55,029 nucleotides of DNA from a virus (taxonomy: Duplodnaviria; Heunggongvirae; Uroviricota; Caudoviricetes): the IMG/VR virus record IMGVR_UViG_2859793810_000007; one strand, 5' to 3'. Of the stretch, positions 10,545 to 20,891 are shown one piece after another (the stretch's first letter is position 1; the number at the start of each line of letters is the position of its first letter). The notes beneath the pieces were generated by a model. It searched no databases. It was given only the letters and a program-made list of their open reading frames with translations, and was not told the DNA's origin. The position numbers and the translations under genes are program-made.

Positions 10545-11243
10545 TTACTGAGAAAGTTTATTGATGGAAAGGAAACCGCCGAAATTACCGGTATTGTTGC
10601 GCAACTCACACCCGCGCATACACTTGCTGCATTTGTCCTTCCGGATATCCGTTGTTGGTTTGTCGAACTCGTCAGCCACTGCCCTGCCCGTGTAACCACA
10701 CTCATCAGAACGGTAAGTCCACATACAGGTATTCGCCAGCATGATACGCCCCGGGAAAACCGCGCCATCCGTCTCCGTTGGTGTGGCCAGCACAAAAGAG
10801 GCACTGACCGCGCTCAGTTCGCTGCACTGCTCGATGCGCCAGCGGCTGATCACCTCCTGTTCCGGATCGGCGTCGCTGTTTCCGTTGACGAAGTTCACCG
10901 CATCCAGAAAACGGGCGTAAACCTTACGCCGGACCACCGTTCCGCCGACCAGACTCTGCAGATCTTCCGCCATCCCGGTGACCATGCCGTGCAGGTTAGA
11001 GACCGTCAGTGTCGGACGGGCAGCACAGCCCCTGCCGTTCAGTTCAAACCCCGACCCCTGAATGGGGTATGCCTGATACTGCCGCCCCTGCCAGGTGACC
11101 GGCTCACCTTTTTCGTTCTGCTCATTACAGAAAAAATAACGCTCACCACCGACCTCTGTCAGATCGATTTCCCAGAGCTCCACCCGGGCTGACTGCTCCG
11201 CACGGGTGCATTCATTCAGTGTTTCCTGCCGGATATCCTGCAT
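10545..11243 (-). CDS. L: minor tail protein L
   Basis: 232 aa matching lambda gpL length and sequence. Confidence 0.9.
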   Translation of the reverse strand: MQDIRQETLNECTRAEQSARVELWEIDLTEVGGERYFFCNEQNEKGEPVTWQGRQYQAYPIQGSGFELNGRGCAARPTLTVSNLHGMVTGMAEDLQSLVGGTVVRRKVYARFLDAVNFVNGNSDADPEQEVISRWRIEQCSELSAVSASFVLATPTETDGAVFPGRIMLANTCMWTYRSDECGYTGRAVADEFDKPTTDIRKDKCSKCMRGCELRNNTGNFGGFLSINKLSQ

Positions 11244-11572
11244 CAGTTCACCACCTGTTCAAAATCGGCCGTTACAGTCACCCATAACGCCCCCACGCTT
11301 GCCGACCATTTACGACAAACCACCCTGATCAGTTTCCAGTCATAAGGTGGCGTCCACTGAAATGCGCGGACGCCACCGTGCCGTTCCAGAAAGGCTTTTA
11401 AAGATGGGTGTTCACCTTTACGAACACGTATCGTCACGCTGTAAGTCGACAACTGGTTATTCAGTCCCGCCGCACGACGCTGTTCATAACCATCGCCCAG
11501 CTTCACTGTCACCACTTTCGGCTCTGATACCACATTCATATCCGGGCGCACTTTCCAGTGAAACGTCTCCAT
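11243..11572 (-). CDS. M: minor tail protein M
   Basis: 109 aa matching lambda gpM. Confidence 0.9.
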   Translation of the reverse strand: METFHWKVRPDMNVVSEPKVVTVKLGDGYEQRRAAGLNNQLSTYSVTIRVRKGEHPSLKAFLERHGGVRAFQWTPPYDWKLIRVVCRKWSASVGALWVTVTADFEQVVN

Positions 11573-14500
11573 TACCGGTATGCTCCACTTAACCGGCCAC
11601 CATCACGGGCCTGCTGTTGCATAAAGTCCGCGGCCGCTTTTTTCCCGAGGTCATAAACCACCTTCAGGGCAGCCGGACCTATCTGCCCGTTCGTGCCGTC
11701 GTTATTGATCTCAATGTTGTACTGCGGGGCAAACATCACCATGCCTGAACCACCAGTATCCGCCACAACCCCCAGCTTACCATCAGCACCGCGACGCAGT
11801 GGCAGAATGGCTTCAGGTCCCGCTTCCCCCATCACACCCGCGCCTTTTGCAAAAGCAAAAAACGTCGGACGGTTAACCACCGTGCCACTGTAGCGACTCA
11901 AATCAGCAGACTGGTAAACACCGCCATCAGCATTAGTCGTGAAGCCGAATAAAGAACCGACGCCCTTTACCGCCTGCATCATGGCCATCTGTGCCATAAT
12001 TCTGGCCATATCTGACAACAGGGAAGAGGTGAAGGATTTAAAATTCAGCTTACCGGTGGTACAGAATGTCGCCAGTGCATTACCGGCACTGCTGAATGCC
12101 ACTGTAAACATCTGTTCTGCCGTTCCCGCCGCATTATCCGCATCCGCCGTAAAATTCTGAAACGCCCGCATGGCACCGTTTTTCCAGTCGCCCTGCGCCA
12201 CTTCCAGTTCCTGCCAGTAGCGTTTGTTTTCATTCAGTTGTCGCTTCAGGCTCCCCTTCAGCACCTCCTCAGCCCTCCGGTAGTCCTCCGTCCCGTAAGT
12301 GCCTTTCTGGCGACTGTCATTCTCAAGCTGTTGCAACTGTTGCCGGTATTCCTGCCGGATGCGCAACTGTGCCTGGTAGCGCTGCCGCTGCTTATCCCCC
12401 ATACCTGCAGTGGCAATATCCAGATTGTGCTGCTCACGCAGTGCACGTTCTTTGTCTGCCAGCTGGCTGGTCAGCTGAACCGTTTTTTTTTCTCAGGTCG
12501 TTAAGCGCTGTCTGTTTCTGCAGCTCCTGCTGTTTCACATCCAGCAGCGTCAGCGCCTGAATCAGCTCATTCTTACGGGCCAGCACACTCTTTTCATCTG
12601 CCGTCAGCTTTTTCCCGTCCAGGTCGCTGATGCGCTGCTGCAGGGCCAGAAGCTGTTTATGCGCTTCAGTCATCCTTTCAGTGGCAATGCCTGCTGACTG
12701 TCTGGCAGCAGCAATCTGCCCTTCCACCTGTGCCTGCTGCTGACTGTACTGCAGCAATAACCGGGTGGCCTCATCATTACGGGTTGCCCGTGTATTTTTC
12801 TTAATGGCTTTTTCGTAACGTTCATTTTCACGCTGTATCGCCGCATCCCTGACAGCCTGGTCGGCGTACTGCATGGCATTAATACGCGCAATTTCCCGCT
12901 GATGTCGTGCAGCTTCCGTTTCATTCATCCGGTTCAGCGCGGCATTTTCAGCATTCCGGCGTTTCTGTTGCTCCTGGTAATTCCGTTCTGCCTGCGCTTT
13001 TGCATCCTGCAAATCCTTCCGGCGTTTTTTCTCCTGAAGATCGTTAAGACGCTGCTGATCGTACTCCACCTGTGTGGAGGCGTTTGTCCACGGATATTTT
13101 TTCGCGCGCTGAATTTTTTCCTGTAACGCATCAATCTGCGCATCCAGCGAGTCTTCACGACCAATATTCATGGCCGCATCCCAGAACTGCTTCCACCAGT
13201 CAGACAAGGTTTGCAGCGTACTACCCAGCGCATTGAGATTATTATCAATATCAGATGTGCGTTTACCGGTTTCCTCTGCCAGCGCAGACATGGCGATCCG
13301 GGCCGCATCACTGGACCGCCCCTGCTCCCCAAGGACGCGTATCTGCTCAAGCTGAGTGGCATTCAAAAAATGCAGCGCATTGTCCAGCGCCTTCGCGGCA
13401 TTTACAGGATCATCCTTCAGCCGCTTAAACTGATTTATGGTATCGCTGACCGACTGGCCAACCGATCGCTCCATCTGTGCGGCAGCTTTCGCCACCATAC
13501 CAATATCGTTTCCATGAAATGCCCCACTGCCCACCACCTGTGCCAGCGCACCGGCTGCCGCATGTTGCGTGATACCATTCCCGGATATGGCCCGGCTGAG
13601 TTTCCACAACTGCCCGACAGTGACACCGGCATAATGTCCCGTCAGCGCCAGCTGACGGTTAAATTTCTCGCCCTCCTTCCGGCCGTCATGCCAGGCTTTA
13701 CCCAGACCCAGGACCGCCGCGACAAGTCCGCCAATAACGCCGCCAGTCATCATGCCTTTCGGCGACATCAGTGCGCCTGTCCATCCGGCACGGTTAGCCA
13801 GCGTTATCCCGGATCCCCTCAGCGCACCAAAATTGCCTCGCGCCATCTGACTGATTAACACCCCCAGCTCCCGCCGGGCTGCCGCACTTTTCAGCCCCAG
13901 CGAATGTGTGGCTTTTCCTGCCCGCTCCATTTTGCGGATATACACTTCTGCAGCACTGCTTACCCCCAGCTGAGCCGCCCTGGCGCGAAGCAACTCAGAA
14001 GACGACAGATTCTGGCGGGTTGCCTGCTCTTTAAGCTGGCGGATAAACGCCGCTTTCTGCCGGGTGGCCTGTTCCTCTGCCTGCGTCAGGGCACGGGTTT
14101 TCGCCGTGATCTCCGAAATCAGCGCCAGATAATCCTGCTGACCAACCCCGCCACTGTTTCTGGCCTGTCGGATCTGCTGCTGAATACGCTGTAATTCCTG
14201 AAGCCCCGCACCGGCCTGTTTCACACTGTCAATCTGGCGATAAAAGGCGGCAGCCGCTTTATCCTGCGCCTCCGCCAGTGCCCTGGCCTGCGCCTGTTCC
14301 TCGCGCATTTTCTGATTCAGGGCATCCACGCGCAGACGGGTTTGTTCCACCTCACGGGCCATGCGTTCATGAGCCCGTGCATTCTTCTCCACCGTCTGCG
14401 CATGGGCTGATGCTGCTGTTGCAGCCGAAGAAGCCGCCTGCATTGTCTGCCGGGCCGCCTGAGTCTGACGCTCCATAAAACGCTGCATACGGGCAGAAGA

Positions 14501-14614
14501 CCGTTCTGCATCGCTGGCTGCACCATTCAGAAGGTTTTTGATACGGGGAATTTCATTTTTAAACTCTGCCGCATCAATCCCCAAATCAATGACCAGGTTG
14601 GCTATCTGGTCCAT
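11572..14614 (-). pseudogene. H: tail tape measure protein H, split by a frameshift
   Basis: N-part 12434-14614 (coiled-coil, Gly-rich) and C-part 11572-12402 (ends ...NNDGTNGQIGPAALKVVYDLGKK... like lambda gpH); frames diverge at the 9-A run (plus-strand T9, 12483-12491). Confidence 0.8.
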
Positions 14615-14915
14615 AACGCACACCTCCGGAAATACCTTCCCCAAGATGCATCAGTTCTTCGTCCGTTCGCTCCGGTATCCCGTTCTCTTCCGGTAAAAGG
14701 CTGAAATCAGCCACCGCAGCATCGCTGCTGCCGGACACCATTCTCACGATCAATGCCTTCAGCGAGGCAAACTGCGCATCCATCCACACATCACTGAAGC
14801 TCTGCATCCGGAAATAATCGCCCCACTCACCAAGCTCAGTGGCCGACATATCCGACAGCATCCGCCGCCAGTCTGCCCGCCGGAACTCCCGGGCAAGCCG
14901 CATGACAAACTGCAT
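14586..14915 (-). CDS. T: tail assembly chaperone T segment (expressed as G-T fusion by -1 frameshift)
   Basis: ORF in -1 frame overlapping the end of G, lambda G/T arrangement. Confidence 0.6.
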   Translation of the reverse strand: MQFVMRLAREFRRADWRRMLSDMSATELGEWGDYFRMQSFSDVWMDAQFASLKALIVRMVSGSSDAAVADFSLLPEENGIPERTDEELMHLGEGISGGVRYGPDSQPGH

Positions 14916-14923
14916 TTCCCGCG

Positions 14924-15310
14924 TCAGGACTTTTCCGGCGTCAGCGCCTCATGATCATCATCCCCGGCATTCTCAATGGTCCCCATACCGCTCAGCGACA
15001 GAACCCTCTCCGCCCCCGCGCCCAGCGCATCATACGACCATGTTGTCATAATGGATGCGCAAAGCGTCTCAACATCCTGAGACTGCTCAGCATTCCACAG
15101 TGAGCGGGAAACCAGCCAGGCATTGATATCCATTCCCATACGCAGAAAAGCAATCTGTCGTTCAGCCTCCGGCAGTTCTCCCTCCTGTGCATCAAACTTT
15201 GCCGTTCGCTGCTGAACAAACGTCAGATATTCAATTCTCTGCAGCCCGGACAGCTCACTGAGCACCACGGACTGTTTTTCATAATTAAACGTATCCTGTT
15301 TCAGAAACAT
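14924..15310 (-). CDS. G: tail assembly chaperone G
   Basis: MFLKQDTFNYEKQSVVLSELSGLQRIEYL... like lambda gpG; GGAG RBS upstream of the ATG pair at 15308-15313. Confidence 0.8.
   Translation of the reverse strand: MFLKQDTFNYEKQSVVLSELSGLQRIEYLTFVQQRTAKFDAQEGELPEAERQIAFLRMGMDINAWLVSRSLWNAEQSQDVETLCASIMTTWSYDALGAGAERVLSLSGMGTIENAGDDDHEALTPEKS
14930..14938 (-). other. candidate G-T programmed -1 slippery site
   Basis: minus strand reads CCG GAA AAG TCC TGA at the end of G; G GAA AAG is a near-cognate variant of the lambda G GGA AAG site, 2 codons before the G stop. Confidence 0.3.
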
Positions 15311-15368
15311 CATGTTCTCCGGATGCAAAAAGCCCCGGATAACCGGGGCAATGATGAGTATCGTCCTG

Positions 15369-16109
15369 TTATGGTGCGCTGACGGTCACCGCAGCCACTG
15401 CCACAAACTCTCCGTCAGAGGTCATGCCCACGATGCTGACACTGCCCTGCTTCACGCCTTTCACCGTGGCCACAAGCCCGCTCAGGGTCACCGAAGCAGT
15501 CTGAGGATCTGACGAATGCACACTGATCGCTTTGTCACTGGCCCCGTCAGGTTTTACTGTAAAGGTCAGTGTGGTGGTTGCTCCCGCTTTGACACTGACA
15601 GATGCCGGTGCCACCGTCAGTCCGGTAACACCCACGGTTTCAGTGCCTTCCTCTGCCAGATACGGACGCCCCACACCGCTGATTTTCACAGTGCGGGTCA
15701 TCACGTCTTTTGAGGCAATGGTTTTACCCAGTGAGCTCAGCCAGCCGCGGAAAACATCAACAGTGCCGTTGGGATATTTGATACGAAACGCGCAGACTTC
15801 ACCGGAGTCGAACAACTGAACCAGTTTTTTCTGCCCGCTGTCACCCGGACGACAGGCCAGCGTCGCCGAAGTATCACCAACGGATTTCTGCCCCTGGGTT
15901 GTCGTTTTCCAGTCTGCATCTTCATCATCGAGATAAGTGTCATCTTCTGCATCAGCGGTCATTTCGCCAGGTTGCAGATCCTTCACCATCGCAAGACGCA
16001 GCCAGTCAGTGTCCGACAAAGGGTTCGCAAACGCATCGCCGTTGCCGGTATACATCCAGAACGTTGTCCCCGCACCTTTCGTCTTTGCCAGTGGATTTGG
16101 TGTGGTCAT
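15369..16109 (-). CDS. V: major tail protein V (with C-terminal Ig-like domain)
   Basis: MTTPNPLAKTKGAGTTFW... matches lambda gpV; ATG at 16107-16109 preceded by GGAGG. Confidence 0.9.
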   Translation of the reverse strand: MTTPNPLAKTKGAGTTFWMYTGNGDAFANPLSDTDWLRLAMVKDLQPGEMTADAEDDTYLDDEDADWKTTTQGQKSVGDTSATLACRPGDSGQKKLVQLFDSGEVCAFRIKYPNGTVDVFRGWLSSLGKTIASKDVMTRTVKISGVGRPYLAEEGTETVGVTGLTVAPASVSVKAGATTTLTFTVKPDGASDKAISVHSSDPQTASVTLSGLVATVKGVKQGSVSIVGMTSDGEFVAVAAVTVSAP

Positions 16110-16119
16110 TACCACCTCC

Positions 16120-16521
16120 TTAATTCGTGTACGTGATCTGGTACGTGATTTCCGCCATCGCCCAGGTGGCCATCTCATTATCACGTTGATAGTTAAAACC
16201 GAGTGGGATCATGGTGTCGATGAGTCCGGAAAGCACCGGAATATCCTTCATGGCCGGAAATATGGTGTTCTCCATCCACGTATCCAGCTCAGAATCCGGC
16301 GCCTGTGCACGGACGAAAACGGCAATATGCAGAACAGCCTGCCAGTCGTCCTCATCCGTCATTTTTCCGGTGTACTGCGCATCACTCAGCCACACCGCCA
16401 CGGCGGGCAGTTCCTGCGCATCAATAAATGCCGGAAGCCCGTCAAAAAACGTGGCGCTGTCTCCACACTGTTCCCGAAGGCGTGCCAGCACGCTCTGACG
16501 GATTTGTGTGTGTCGGTTCAT
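16120..16521 (-). CDS. U: tail terminator protein U
   Basis: 133 aa matching lambda gpU. Confidence 0.9.
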   Translation of the reverse strand: MNRHTQIRQSVLARLREQCGDSATFFDGLPAFIDAQELPAVAVWLSDAQYTGKMTDEDDWQAVLHIAVFVRAQAPDSELDTWMENTIFPAMKDIPVLSGLIDTMIPLGFNYQRDNEMATWAMAEITYQITYTN

Positions 16522-17105
16522 TTACTCAGATGTAACCTCAGTTGTTGTTTCAGGGCATACCCCAGCTGTTTCGGCATTTCCGCAGCAATGATGCGGTCGC
16601 GGGCATCTTCAAATGCCTGTGTCAGCGGTCCGGACATCGGGATTTTCACCACATCAATGGGGTAACGATTTTTGCCGTCAATACGCCGCATCACATGCCA
16701 GCGACCATTCGCCAGTTGCTGAATAAACGCATCCCGGAAAAGGTATTTCCCCACTTTCAGTACGCTGCCACGATGACGTGAGTTGCTGCCATGCCGGGAG
16801 CGGGCCAGTCTGACCTGTGCGGTACCCAGCTTAATGGCGGGCAGGTTACCCCGGTTAACACGCATGCGGGCATACATTTTTCCTGAGGGGCTGGCTTTAA
16901 GCAGCCTGACACGCTCCCTGACCGTTTTCAGGGGAATACCTTTCACCTGGTTATCCCCGGCAACGGTATTCTGCGCAACCTGCCGTGTGGCGACAGAAAC
17001 AATCTTTGCCGCCACACGGTTTACCGCCCATGCGCTGGTCTGTGGCACCATGCGGGTATCGAGGCTGTTCAGATTGCGGATGGCATTCTCAAGTCCCTTC
17101 ATCAT
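16518..17105 (-). CDS. Z: tail completion protein Z
   Basis: 195 aa, lambda gpZ position and sequence. Confidence 0.85.
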   Translation of the reverse strand: MMKGLENAIRNLNSLDTRMVPQTSAWAVNRVAAKIVSVATRQVAQNTVAGDNQVKGIPLKTVRERVRLLKASPSGKMYARMRVNRGNLPAIKLGTAQVRLARSRHGSNSRHRGSVLKVGKYLFRDAFIQQLANGRWHVMRRIDGKNRYPIDVVKIPMSGPLTQAFEDARDRIIAAEMPKQLGYALKQQLRLHLSK

Positions 17106-17466
17106 ATCGCCTCATTCTGGCATTATTCTGTGGGGCAGGACTGCCCCGCCTTAACCGGATATAACAGCATCCCCCGTCATCCGGAGTAATACGATCCACA
17201 AAGAAAGAATCATCCCCGATAGTTAACGTATCCTGACGGCGTAACTGCGATATATCTGCCGTTTTCACAAACAGGCACGGTGAGGAATCCTCAAGCCGGA
17301 TCCCCCCGGCAACAAAAGAAATACTTTCGGGATCATCAAAAACCCCTGTCAGGTGTGTCCCCTCAAGTTCTCCGGACGTAATGACGGCGCTGATCCCCAT
17401 ATCACGGAGAATGACTTCATTGACACCGGCAAGCGCAGCATCAAACAGATTATCGAAACCGTCCAC
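17089..17466 (-). CDS. FII: head-tail joining protein FII
   Basis: MDGFDNLFDAALAGVNEVIL... matches lambda gpFII. Confidence 0.85.
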   Translation of the reverse strand: MDGFDNLFDAALAGVNEVILRDMGISAVITSGELEGTHLTGVFDDPESISFVAGGIRLEDSSPCLFVKTADISQLRRQDTLTIGDDSFFVDRITPDDGGCCYIRLRRGSPAPQNNARMRRYDEGT

Positions 17467-17477
17467 GACATCTCCTG

Positions 17478-17864
17478 TTACTGCCTTTTTGCCAGACCAC
17501 CTGCCGCCATGCTGGCAGCCACCTCAGCAGAAACACGAAACGACGTTCCCGGTGAAACAAATATCACTGAACCATTACATTTTGTATGCAGTGTCGCCAG
17601 TGCCACCACCGTAACCTGCCCCGTTTCGTCTCCGGTAACAATGCCTGGCTGTTCAGGAACTGACTCGCCTTTATGCGCGGTCGGATCATCTTTCGATGGT
17701 GAGTACGTATCCGGCTCTGCGACCTCCCCCGCATCTCCAAGCTCTTCCTCCAGTTCCGCCACTCGCTGCGCAATATCTGCCGCACTACCGGAGACATCCG
17801 GTTCACGCCCCAGCCTCTCAGCCAGCTCACAAAGACGTTTCAGGTTTTCTTCTTTCGTAGCCAT
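17478..17864 (-). CDS. FI: DNA packaging protein FI
   Basis: MATKEENLKRLCELAERLGREPDVSG... resembles lambda gpFI; start set at the internal Met. Confidence 0.7.
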   Translation of the reverse strand: MATKEENLKRLCELAERLGREPDVSGSAADIAQRVAELEEELGDAGEVAEPDTYSPSKDDPTAHKGESVPEQPGIVTGDETGQVTVVALATLHTKCNGSVIFVSPGTSFRVSAEVAASMAAGGLAKRQ

Positions 17865-17915
17865 ACCCGCTCCTGATTGAATGAAAAACGGGAGCATTTA
17901 GCTCCCGCTCACGGA

Positions 17916-18944
17916 TTATTTCACCTGCACCACCACAAACTCATCCGGATCCGGCAGCACCATCAGCGGCGCGGACTGCGTCATGGTGAATTCACGCGCC
18001 GGATCACCCACGGTCAGCCAGTGTTTCGGATAACGGGAAGACGCCACCACGCCTTCAGACAATGCCTGCGCATCCTGAATGGCACCGTAGCAACGAATAC
18101 CCTCTGCGGCCGTATTTCCCAGTACCAGTGTGCCGTCCGGCAGATAACGTTTTTCGGTACCGTCCTCTGCCACATAGGACGTTTTTGCCACCACGATTGC
18201 CAGATCACCATAATACCCTTTGAAGGACACCACCGCCCCCAGGTCTTTCACTGCCGTTTCCAGCTGTGAATTTGAGCCACGACGGGTATCCAGTTTTTCG
18301 CGGAACAGCTTAAAGCCATTCAGCAGACGCCAGACCTTACCATCCATAATGGCAATATTGATGGTGCCGGAAGCAAAATCACAGTACGCATCCAGATCAT
18401 GCGTCGGATCAAAGGTATCGCGGTCCTGAGCGCTCCACTCCGTCCCTCCTGCCTGCGTAATGTTATTTCCCACCGACCGGCCAAAATCGACCTCAACAGT
18501 TTCAAACTGCTCTCCTTCCATGGTGTATTTGCCATACAGCACGGCATTCACCGCCTGCATCTCTTCCACCTGGACAATGGCGTGCTCTTCCTGTTTGAGG
18601 TTATCGGTGATGATACGCAGGCGACGGTAAGCCGGGCCGTTCAGCTGGGCCGGATCTTCACCGGGAAGACGCTCCACCGCCTGCTGGTAATTAAATTCGT
18701 GTTTCGGCTTAACGTAGCCCGGGCGCAGTACACGAGTTTCACCGCCACGGTGACGCAACACCTTTCCTTCAACAACCGGGGAGACATAGGCCGCCACCGG
18801 CGTTTTTCCGGTAATTTTGTCCAGCATTACCTCTTCGGTATGGAAATTCACCGTACGGCGGAAAAACAGCTCCAGAAACAGCGCACGAAATTTAACTTTT
18901 TGTTCGGTATAACCGAGTAACTGGCGGGTCGTAAACAATCCCAT
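17916..18944 (-). CDS. E: major capsid protein E
   Basis: 342 aa collinear with lambda gpE (QLLGYTEQKVKF...TRRGSNSQLETAVKDLG...). Confidence 0.9.
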   Translation of the reverse strand: MGLFTTRQLLGYTEQKVKFRALFLELFFRRTVNFHTEEVMLDKITGKTPVAAYVSPVVEGKVLRHRGGETRVLRPGYVKPKHEFNYQQAVERLPGEDPAQLNGPAYRRLRIITDNLKQEEHAIVQVEEMQAVNAVLYGKYTMEGEQFETVEVDFGRSVGNNITQAGGTEWSAQDRDTFDPTHDLDAYCDFASGTINIAIMDGKVWRLLNGFKLFREKLDTRRGSNSQLETAVKDLGAVVSFKGYYGDLAIVVAKTSYVAEDGTEKRYLPDGTLVLGNTAAEGIRCYGAIQDAQALSEGVVASSRYPKHWLTVGDPAREFTMTQSAPLMVLPDPDEFVVVQVK

Positions 18945-19001
18945 AAATCAGTTCCTTTCATTCAGAAATCAGTCAGGCTACCGCAGTGACCTGATAAAAT
19001 G

Positions 19002-19349
19002 TTACGGCAGCGCTGCGTGACTCAGGGCACTGCCGGCAAAGGCATTCGCCTTTTTGTGTGTATCCACTCTCTCAGGCCAGTGGATGGCCTCCGTCGCAAA
19101 GGTCCCCGACTTGTAATACGTCAGCACCGTCTCTGTACCTTCAAGCGGCAGTACCAGTATGCCAACCACATGGCCTGCCTTCTGTCCGTCCCAGACCACC
19201 AGTTTCCCGGTATCCTCATCCAGCATCAGGGGCGTCAGAGCCGGTGTTGCCGAGGAAATCCCGCTGCAGCCTGTGGCGGTATGGGCCGGATCATTACCGG
19301 CAAAAATACGTACTTCCGCACGCTGTTCAGTGATGGTTTTCGTTACCAT
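19002..19349 (-). CDS. D: head decoration protein D
   Basis: 115 aa, DPAHTATG...TPLMLD...KSGTF motif pattern of lambda gpD. Confidence 0.85.
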   Translation of the reverse strand: MVTKTITEQRAEVRIFAGNDPAHTATGCSGISSATPALTPLMLDEDTGKLVVWDGQKAGHVVGILVLPLEGTETVLTYYKSGTFATEAIHWPERVDTHKKANAFAGSALSHAALP

Positions 19350-19385
19350 ATTGTAAAAACCTCATATTGATGGTCAGCACTGACT

Positions 19386-20891
19386 TCATGGCATGGCCAT
19401 GAGCATTTTCACGTCCGCATCACCGTCTGCTGACGTCTGTGGCACGCCACCCTGTACCGCTGCCGGTGAATGGTTCGCCATGAAATGTTCAAACATGGCG
19501 GTTGTGGATGCAGAAACCGGTTCTGCCCTGCCTGAGGCTGCCGCCAGTACAGCCCGGGCATTCTCCACGGTCATCCCCGGACAGGCCGCCAGTTTTTCAG
19601 CCTGCGCCTCTGCCCCTTTTGCCTCATCCAGGGCCATAATCTGATCACGAAGTGAGGGTCCGGCATTCGCCTGCGGTGAAGCAGCCAGAATCGGACGGGC
19701 TTTTTCCACCGTCATCTCCGGCATCGCCGCCAGCGTTGCCGCCAGTTGTTCACGTCCTTTCGCCTCTTCACATGCCATAATGCGATCGGCTTCACTCTGC
19801 GCAGATACACCAGATTGTTGCGGTGCCGCCACGGCCAGAATCGCCCGGGCCTGCTCAACGCTCATACCCTGTTGCCCTGCCAGCATCGTGGCCAGTTGTT
19901 CACGTCCTTTCGCTTCCTGACACGTCAGGATCCCCATCACTCGCTGGTTCTCCTGCGCGGCAGCCTCCGTTGCAGTTAATTGCGGCATAGTGCCTCCTGT
20001 ATCGTGTGTGTTCAGCGTCGCAGCCATCACGCTGATGGCGTCCGACGCATTGATTAATTCATCCGCCAGTTCGGCCTCAATACCGGACTGACCTTCAAAA
20101 ACGGCGGCCTCTGTTCCCATAACCGCATCCACAGATAAACCGGTATACATCGCCACTTTTTCAGCAAACATCCGGCGCGCCGCATCAATGCGCTGCTGCA
20201 TGTCCTGGCGAACCTTTGCTGGCAGGGATTCAAACTGATTGCCATCCACCTTGTGCGATCCGGCGTAAATCAGCGTGATATCCACACCGGCCTGTGCCAG
20301 ATGACCGGCATAGCTGACATGGCCCATCATCACCCCAATGGAGCCGATACGGGATGTCTGGGTAACCAGCCGTCGGGAGCAGGCCGATGCCAGTAACATG
20401 GCGGCTGAACAGGCCGTGTCATTGCACAGTGCCCAGACAGGCTTCAGCTGCCGGAGACGGTAAATCATGTCAGCGCAGTCAAACGCGCCGGTGGCCTGCC
20501 CGCCAGAACTGTCAATGTCCAGCAGTACGCCCCGTACCTGAGTGTCCGCCATTGCCTGCTGAAGACAGGCGACAATGCCGTCATAGCCAGTCATTCCGGA
20601 AAATGGCCGCATGCCACCCAGCCGGTGTACCAGCGTGCCGGTCACCGGCAGTACAGCAATACCGTTCACCACCCGGTAAACACGGGCAGGTCGTTTGCCT
20701 CCGGCCATGTACTCGTCCGTTTCAGCCAGCATCCCGGGAGCGTCAAGCTGTACCTGCTGTTGCGGTACCGAAAGGCTTGCTGCGCCCATCTCACGCCCGA
20801 GCGCGCAAAAGAAAACCCGCGCATAGGCGGGCTCCAGAAGCAGCGGCTCATTGAATGCCGCAGCGATAATATGTGAAAGATTACGTCTCAC
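19386..20891 (-). CDS. C: prohead protease/scaffold C (with in-frame Nu3)
   Basis: 501 aa; AFNEPLLLEPAYARVFFCAL...GSIGVMMGH... matches lambda gpC (S49-type protease). Confidence 0.85.
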   Translation of the reverse strand: MRRNLSHIIAAAFNEPLLLEPAYARVFFCALGREMGAASLSVPQQQVQLDAPGMLAETDEYMAGGKRPARVYRVVNGIAVLPVTGTLVHRLGGMRPFSGMTGYDGIVACLQQAMADTQVRGVLLDIDSSGGQATGAFDCADMIYRLRQLKPVWALCNDTACSAAMLLASACSRRLVTQTSRIGSIGVMMGHVSYAGHLAQAGVDITLIYAGSHKVDGNQFESLPAKVRQDMQQRIDAARRMFAEKVAMYTGLSVDAVMGTEAAVFEGQSGIEAELADELINASDAISVMAATLNTHDTGGTMPQLTATEAAAQENQRVMGILTCQEAKGREQLATMLAGQQGMSVEQARAILAVAAPQQSGVSAQSEADRIMACEEAKGREQLAATLAAMPEMTVEKARPILAASPQANAGPSLRDQIMALDEAKGAEAQAEKLAACPGMTVENARAVLAAASGRAEPVSASTTAMFEHFMANHSPAAVQGGVPQTSADGDADVKMLMAMP

